DNA from: Candidatus Omnitrophota bacterium
GTDB taxonomy: Bacteria; Omnitrophota; Gorgyraeia; 1-14-0-20-64-10
NCBI GenBank assembly: GCA_023248155.1
Contig: JAHFFE010000001.1
Coordinates: forward strand, 212,873-276,872
Direction of reading: 5' to 3'
Length of the DNA: 64,000 nucleotides
A program made the translations under genes and the position numbers. Below the pieces are notes generated by a model. The model was not told the origin of the DNA, did not search any database, and worked only from the letters and a program-made list of their open reading frames with translations. Positions 60,774-64,000 of this stretch are shown here, one piece after another. Positions within the stretch are counted from its first letter, which is position 1. Every line of letters starts with the position of its first letter.

Positions 60774-61617
60774 ATTCAAGGATATCGTCGAAGCGCTGCG
60801 GCTGGAGCATACCATTTTCGCTTTGCCATTTGCCTATGTGGGTGTTTGGGCCGCTGCCGAGGGGAATCCGTCGTGGCGCGTCGTCGGGTGGGTCACATTG
60901 GCGATGGTCGGCGCGCGCACGGCCGGCATGGCACTCAACCGTCTCATCGACCTTCCGATTGACCGAAAAAACCCGCGCACGAAAAACTGGCCGGTTCCAT
61001 CGGGCCGCGTGAAACCATCACTATTAATTTTATTAACAACTGCGGCACTCGCAATTTTCCTCGTGGCCGCCTGGAAGCTCAATCCACTCTGCGCGAAGCT
61101 CTCGCCAGTGGCGCTGGTACTTCTGGTGCTCTACCCGACGATGAAGCGGTTTACATGGGCCTGCCATTTCTGGCTGGGACTGGTTTTGGCATCGGCTCCC
61201 GCGGCCGGATGGCTGGCCGTAACCGGAAAAATGGAGCTGGAATTGATCCCGCTTTTTCTGGGCGTCTTTTTTTGGGTGTCAGGATTTGATATTCTTTACG
61301 CGCTGCTGGATATTGACTTCGACCGACGGGAAGGGGTATACTCGATTCCTGGGCGTTTTGGTCTTTCGCCCGCCTTGTGGATCTCCCGAAGTGCCCATTT
61401 AATGGCGCTATTGGCATTTGGATGGTTTGGGATCGTTATGGAATTTCGAGGCTGGTTTTGGGCAGGCTGGCTGTTGATCGCCGGGCTTTTGACTTATGAG
61501 CACCGGCTGGTAGGCCCGGGCCGTCTGGAAAAAATCAACAAGGCGTTTTTTACGGTCAATGGTTGGGTCAGCGTTCTTTTCTTTTTATTCACCTGGCTGG
61601 AGTTGACGATGCAATGA
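60754..61617 (+). CDS. UbiA-family prenyltransferase (menaquinone/4-hydroxybenzoate polyprenyltransferase, MqnP-like)
   Basis: TTG start; NRLIDLPIDRKNPRTKNWPVPSGRV Asp-rich motif; 8-9 TM helices; overlaps the 3' end of the upstream fibre gene. Confidence 0.85.
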   Translation: MPSLKNKFKDIVEALRLEHTIFALPFAYVGVWAAAEGNPSWRVVGWVTLAMVGARTAGMALNRLIDLPIDRKNPRTKNWPVPSGRVKPSLLILLTTAALAIFLVAAWKLNPLCAKLSPVALVLLVLYPTMKRFTWACHFWLGLVLASAPAAGWLAVTGKMELELIPLFLGVFFWVSGFDILYALLDIDFDRREGVYSIPGRFGLSPALWISRSAHLMALLAFGWFGIVMEFRGWFWAGWLLIAGLLTYEHRLVGPGRLEKINKAFFTVNGWVSVLFFLFTWLELTMQ

Positions 61618-63116
61618 GAAGCTTATTTGCCTGGAAAGCAGGGGTTGTCTTCTTTCTGTTGGCGGGTTGGGTTGTGCCCGCGGCCTTCGCGGAAACTACA
61701 GAGATTGTTACCTATTACCCAACCAGCGGCGGCGGCAACGAACATCTGAATGATTTGACGGTAGGGCCCGGCTATTTGGGCGAAAACCCCAATAATGGCG
61801 TTGCGCTCATTGAAACCGCTTTGGGGATTGGCACGAATAATCCGCAGGATCAGCTGGAACTTACGGAGAATTTAAGGCTTCCTCCGACCACGGCGACGAC
61901 CGGCATCATCAAGTCCGGCGCCAACCGGTTCATCCATAACTTCGGCGCCAGCAACTTCTTCGCCGGTGTGAATGCGGGCAATCTCACGTTGACGGGCTCC
62001 GCGAATGTTGGGATAGGCATTAACGCGATGCAGAGTTTAACCAATGGAACTCAAAATGTCGCTGTGGGGCCTCGCGCGATGGAGAGCACGACCAGCGGGC
62101 AGAGGAATTCCGCGTTTGGCATGGAGAGTCTGAATAATAATACGACGGGCGGTTTGAACACGGCGCTGGGGCATAATACGCTTTTTTTTAATCAGACCGG
62201 ATTTGATAACACCGCGGTAGGCTATCAGGCTTTGCTGAACACGACAGGCAGCGATAACGTGGCCGTGGGCCAAAACGCCGGATCGAATTTGTTGGCGAAC
62301 GCGAACACGACCGGATCGGGCAATACGTTTATTGGGACCCGATCGGGTTCCGGGGTGGCCGCGCAATTAACCAACGCGACCGCGCTTGGATTTGAAGCAT
62401 TGGTCTCGGCCAGCAACGCACTGGTGCTGGGCGGCACCGGCGCCAACGCAGTCAATGTGGGGATCGGAACGGAAACGCCCAGCGCCACGCTGGATGTGAA
62501 CAGTGGCTCGGTTCGGGTTTCCCGCGATGCTTCTGACGCGGCGGCTTCCGCGGCTCCGCAGAATGGGATGGTCTACTACAACACCACTACGAATAATTAC
62601 CGCGCGTACCAAAACGGCAGGTGGGTGGAGTTGTCTCCAGCCAGACCCAGTGTTTACGTCAATGCGGCCAGCTCGCAGATGCTGTTTAGTACGACTTATG
62701 CGGACGACTCTGAGCTTCAGGTGACGATAGGTCCCGGCGAAAGATGGCAGTTTGAAATTGTCGCTGTCGTCAAGGTTTATGTGGATACGGATCTCAAATT
62801 CAAGTTTACAGGTCCCGGTACCAGCGTGCTCGGGGACATTATAGCGCTCGCGACGATGTTCAAAACCGGAAATGCGGCAGGCGGCCCCGGTGTTGCTTCC
62901 ACTAGTTATTGGTCCTGTATTTTTGATGCTTATACGGATGCGCAGGTGGTGGACTTTACTACCGATGGTTTTGTGCATATCTTTATTACGGGAGAACTTC
63001 GCAACAGCGCGGCGACGGCCGGCACTTTTCACATTCAATGGGCGCTGCGCAACCCTCCCGGCGGAAATGCCTCTGTTTGGAGAGCCCGGTACCTCCGGGC
63101 TACGCGTACCGCATGA
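61614..63116 (+). CDS. Secreted fibre-like protein, paralog family (type-B N-term)
   Basis: MRSLFAWKAGVVFFLLAGWVVPAAFA|ETTEIVTYYPTSGGGNEHLNDLTVGPGYLGENP; start overlaps the ubiA-like stop (ATGA) and stop overlaps the ubiX-like start (ATGA). Confidence 0.85.
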   Translation: MRSLFAWKAGVVFFLLAGWVVPAAFAETTEIVTYYPTSGGGNEHLNDLTVGPGYLGENPNNGVALIETALGIGTNNPQDQLELTENLRLPPTTATTGIIKSGANRFIHNFGASNFFAGVNAGNLTLTGSANVGIGINAMQSLTNGTQNVAVGPRAMESTTSGQRNSAFGMESLNNNTTGGLNTALGHNTLFFNQTGFDNTAVGYQALLNTTGSDNVAVGQNAGSNLLANANTTGSGNTFIGTRSGSGVAAQLTNATALGFEALVSASNALVLGGTGANAVNVGIGTETPSATLDVNSGSVRVSRDASDAAASAAPQNGMVYYNTTTNNYRAYQNGRWVELSPARPSVYVNAASSQMLFSTTYADDSELQVTIGPGERWQFEIVAVVKVYVDTDLKFKFTGPGTSVLGDIIALATMFKTGNAAGGPGVASTSYWSCIFDAYTDAQVVDFTTDGFVHIFITGELRNSAATAGTFHIQWALRNPPGGNASVWRARYLRATRTA

Positions 63117-63703
63117 TGGAACACCCGATTATCGCGATCACCGGCGCGTCCGGTTCGGCTTACGCGATCCGCGTTCTGCAGGTGCTGATTGAACAGCGGC
63201 GCGAGCCGTATGTGGTAGTCAGCGCGGCGGGCCGGCAGGTGATGGCGATCGAGCTGGGTTCCGGTGATTTGAAAGAACATTTGGGTGCGGCGGGTTGGCG
63301 CGAAGAAGACGCGCGCGATTTTACCTCACCGCTGGCCAGCGGCTCGTTCCCGACGGCAGGCATGGTGATTATGCCTTGCTCGATGGGCACGCTGGGCGCT
63401 GTCGCGCACGGCATTTCGGCCAATTTAATTCACCGCGCCGCCGATGTTCATTTGAAAGAACGGCGGCCGTTGATTGTCGTTCCGCGCGAAACGCCGGTCT
63501 CAACGATCGGTTTGCAGAATATGCTGACGCTTTCGCAGGCGGGTGTAACGGTGGTTCCGGCCAATCCCGGTTTTTATCATAATCCTCAGTCGGTGCAGGA
63601 CCTGGTTGATTTTATGGCGGCGCGAGTTTTGGATTTAATGAAAATTCCGCATTCGCTTTCCAAGCGCTGGACCGGCATGCCGGTTTTTAACGAAACGGAG
63701 TAA
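63113..63703 (+). CDS. ubiX: Flavin prenyltransferase UbiX family (MqnM-like)
   Basis: MMEHPIIAITGASGSAYAIRVLQVL...MVIMPCSMGTLGAVAHGIS flavoprotein signature. Confidence 0.88.
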   Translation: MMEHPIIAITGASGSAYAIRVLQVLIEQRREPYVVVSAAGRQVMAIELGSGDLKEHLGAAGWREEDARDFTSPLASGSFPTAGMVIMPCSMGTLGAVAHGISANLIHRAADVHLKERRPLIVVPRETPVSTIGLQNMLTLSQAGVTVVPANPGFYHNPQSVQDLVDFMAARVLDLMKIPHSLSKRWTGMPVFNETE

Positions 63704-63710
63704 GTAAGCA

Positions 63711-64000
63711 ATGGCTTCCACGGTTTCTTCAATTAATTCGGCGTATGCCGATATTGCCGCCAAAGTTGAGGCGGGCCAACGGCTGACGCGCGACGAGGGA
63801 ATCCGTCTGTTTGACGCGGATCTGTTTACGCTGGGCGAACTGGCGAATCTGGCGCGCGAACGGCTGCATGGCGACAACACCTATTACACGCACACACTGC
63901 ATTTAAATTATTCCAATGCCTGCGTTTTGACCTGCGGGCTCTGCGCGTTTTACCGGCCGCTCGAGCATAAAGAGGCCTATACCTTTTCGATGGAGCAGAT
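63711..64000 (+). CDS. Radical SAM menaquinone-biosynthesis enzyme (MqnC/MqnE family), 3' end truncated by the window edge
   Basis: Open frame from ATG 63711 to the window end: ...LHGDNTYYTHTLHLNYSNACVLTCGLCAFYRP (CxxxCxxC-type radical-SAM cluster in a futalosine-pathway context). Confidence 0.6.
   Translation, partial: MASTVSSINSAYADIAAKVEAGQRLTRDEGIRLFDADLFTLGELANLARERLHGDNTYYTHTLHLNYSNACVLTCGLCAFYRPLEHKEAYTFSMEQ

Overview
This 64 kb window is high-GC bacterial chromosome, mostly on the + strand, and mixes core metabolism with a large accessory gene family.

Core genes:
- enolase (5' partial), ftsB, one tRNA-Met, a pseudouridine synthase, and a four-tRNA cluster (Arg-Lys-Leu-Gly)
- a PTS-Ntr-like ptsN-orf-ptsH-ptsI cluster
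- pgi/pmi, a sugar nucleotidyltransferase, metK, ahcY, a UDG-family glycosylase, lptFG, comF, rlmD, a bifunctional nuclease
- a glycogen-debranching enzyme followed by three prepilin-type pseudopilins
- gltA-mdh-sucCD, tldD/pmbA, a biotin locus (bioB-SDR-bioF-orf-bioDA fusion) with a BirA-operator-like palindrome
- a futalosine-type menaquinone late-step cluster: menG/ubiE, ubiD-like, ubiA-like, ubiX-like, and a radical SAM mqnC/E-like gene (3' partial).

The striking content is accessory:
- Ten paralogous signal-peptide-bearing fibre-like proteins share an N-terminal AET(T/V)E(I/L)VTYYPT module, NTAVG/NTTG beta-helical repeats and mosaic C-termini. Two C-termini resemble phage tail-spike intramolecular chaperone (peptidase S74) domains and one is Gly-rich. 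The genes are wedged between and inside housekeeping operons with overlapping stop/start codons. They share ~500 bp blocks at ~95% nucleotide identity, which makes them recombination-prone.
- Two giant paralogous signal-peptide/TM proteins (1849 aa and 915 aa) have domains punctuated by a recurring (A/T)GQEE(K/R) peptide motif. Its coding sequence is conserved as GCCGGGCAGGAGGAG. The larger one carries a beta-helix, a WD40-like propeller and an FHA domain.
- Several of these genes sit behind a recurring GTATACT -10-like element 6-12 nt from the start codon, suggesting leaderless or near-leaderless transcripts.
- An ORF-less ~430 bp intergenic block (22621-23048) has two long complementary segment pairs in a crossing arrangement.

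No CRISPR array, integrase, transposase or rRNA was seen.
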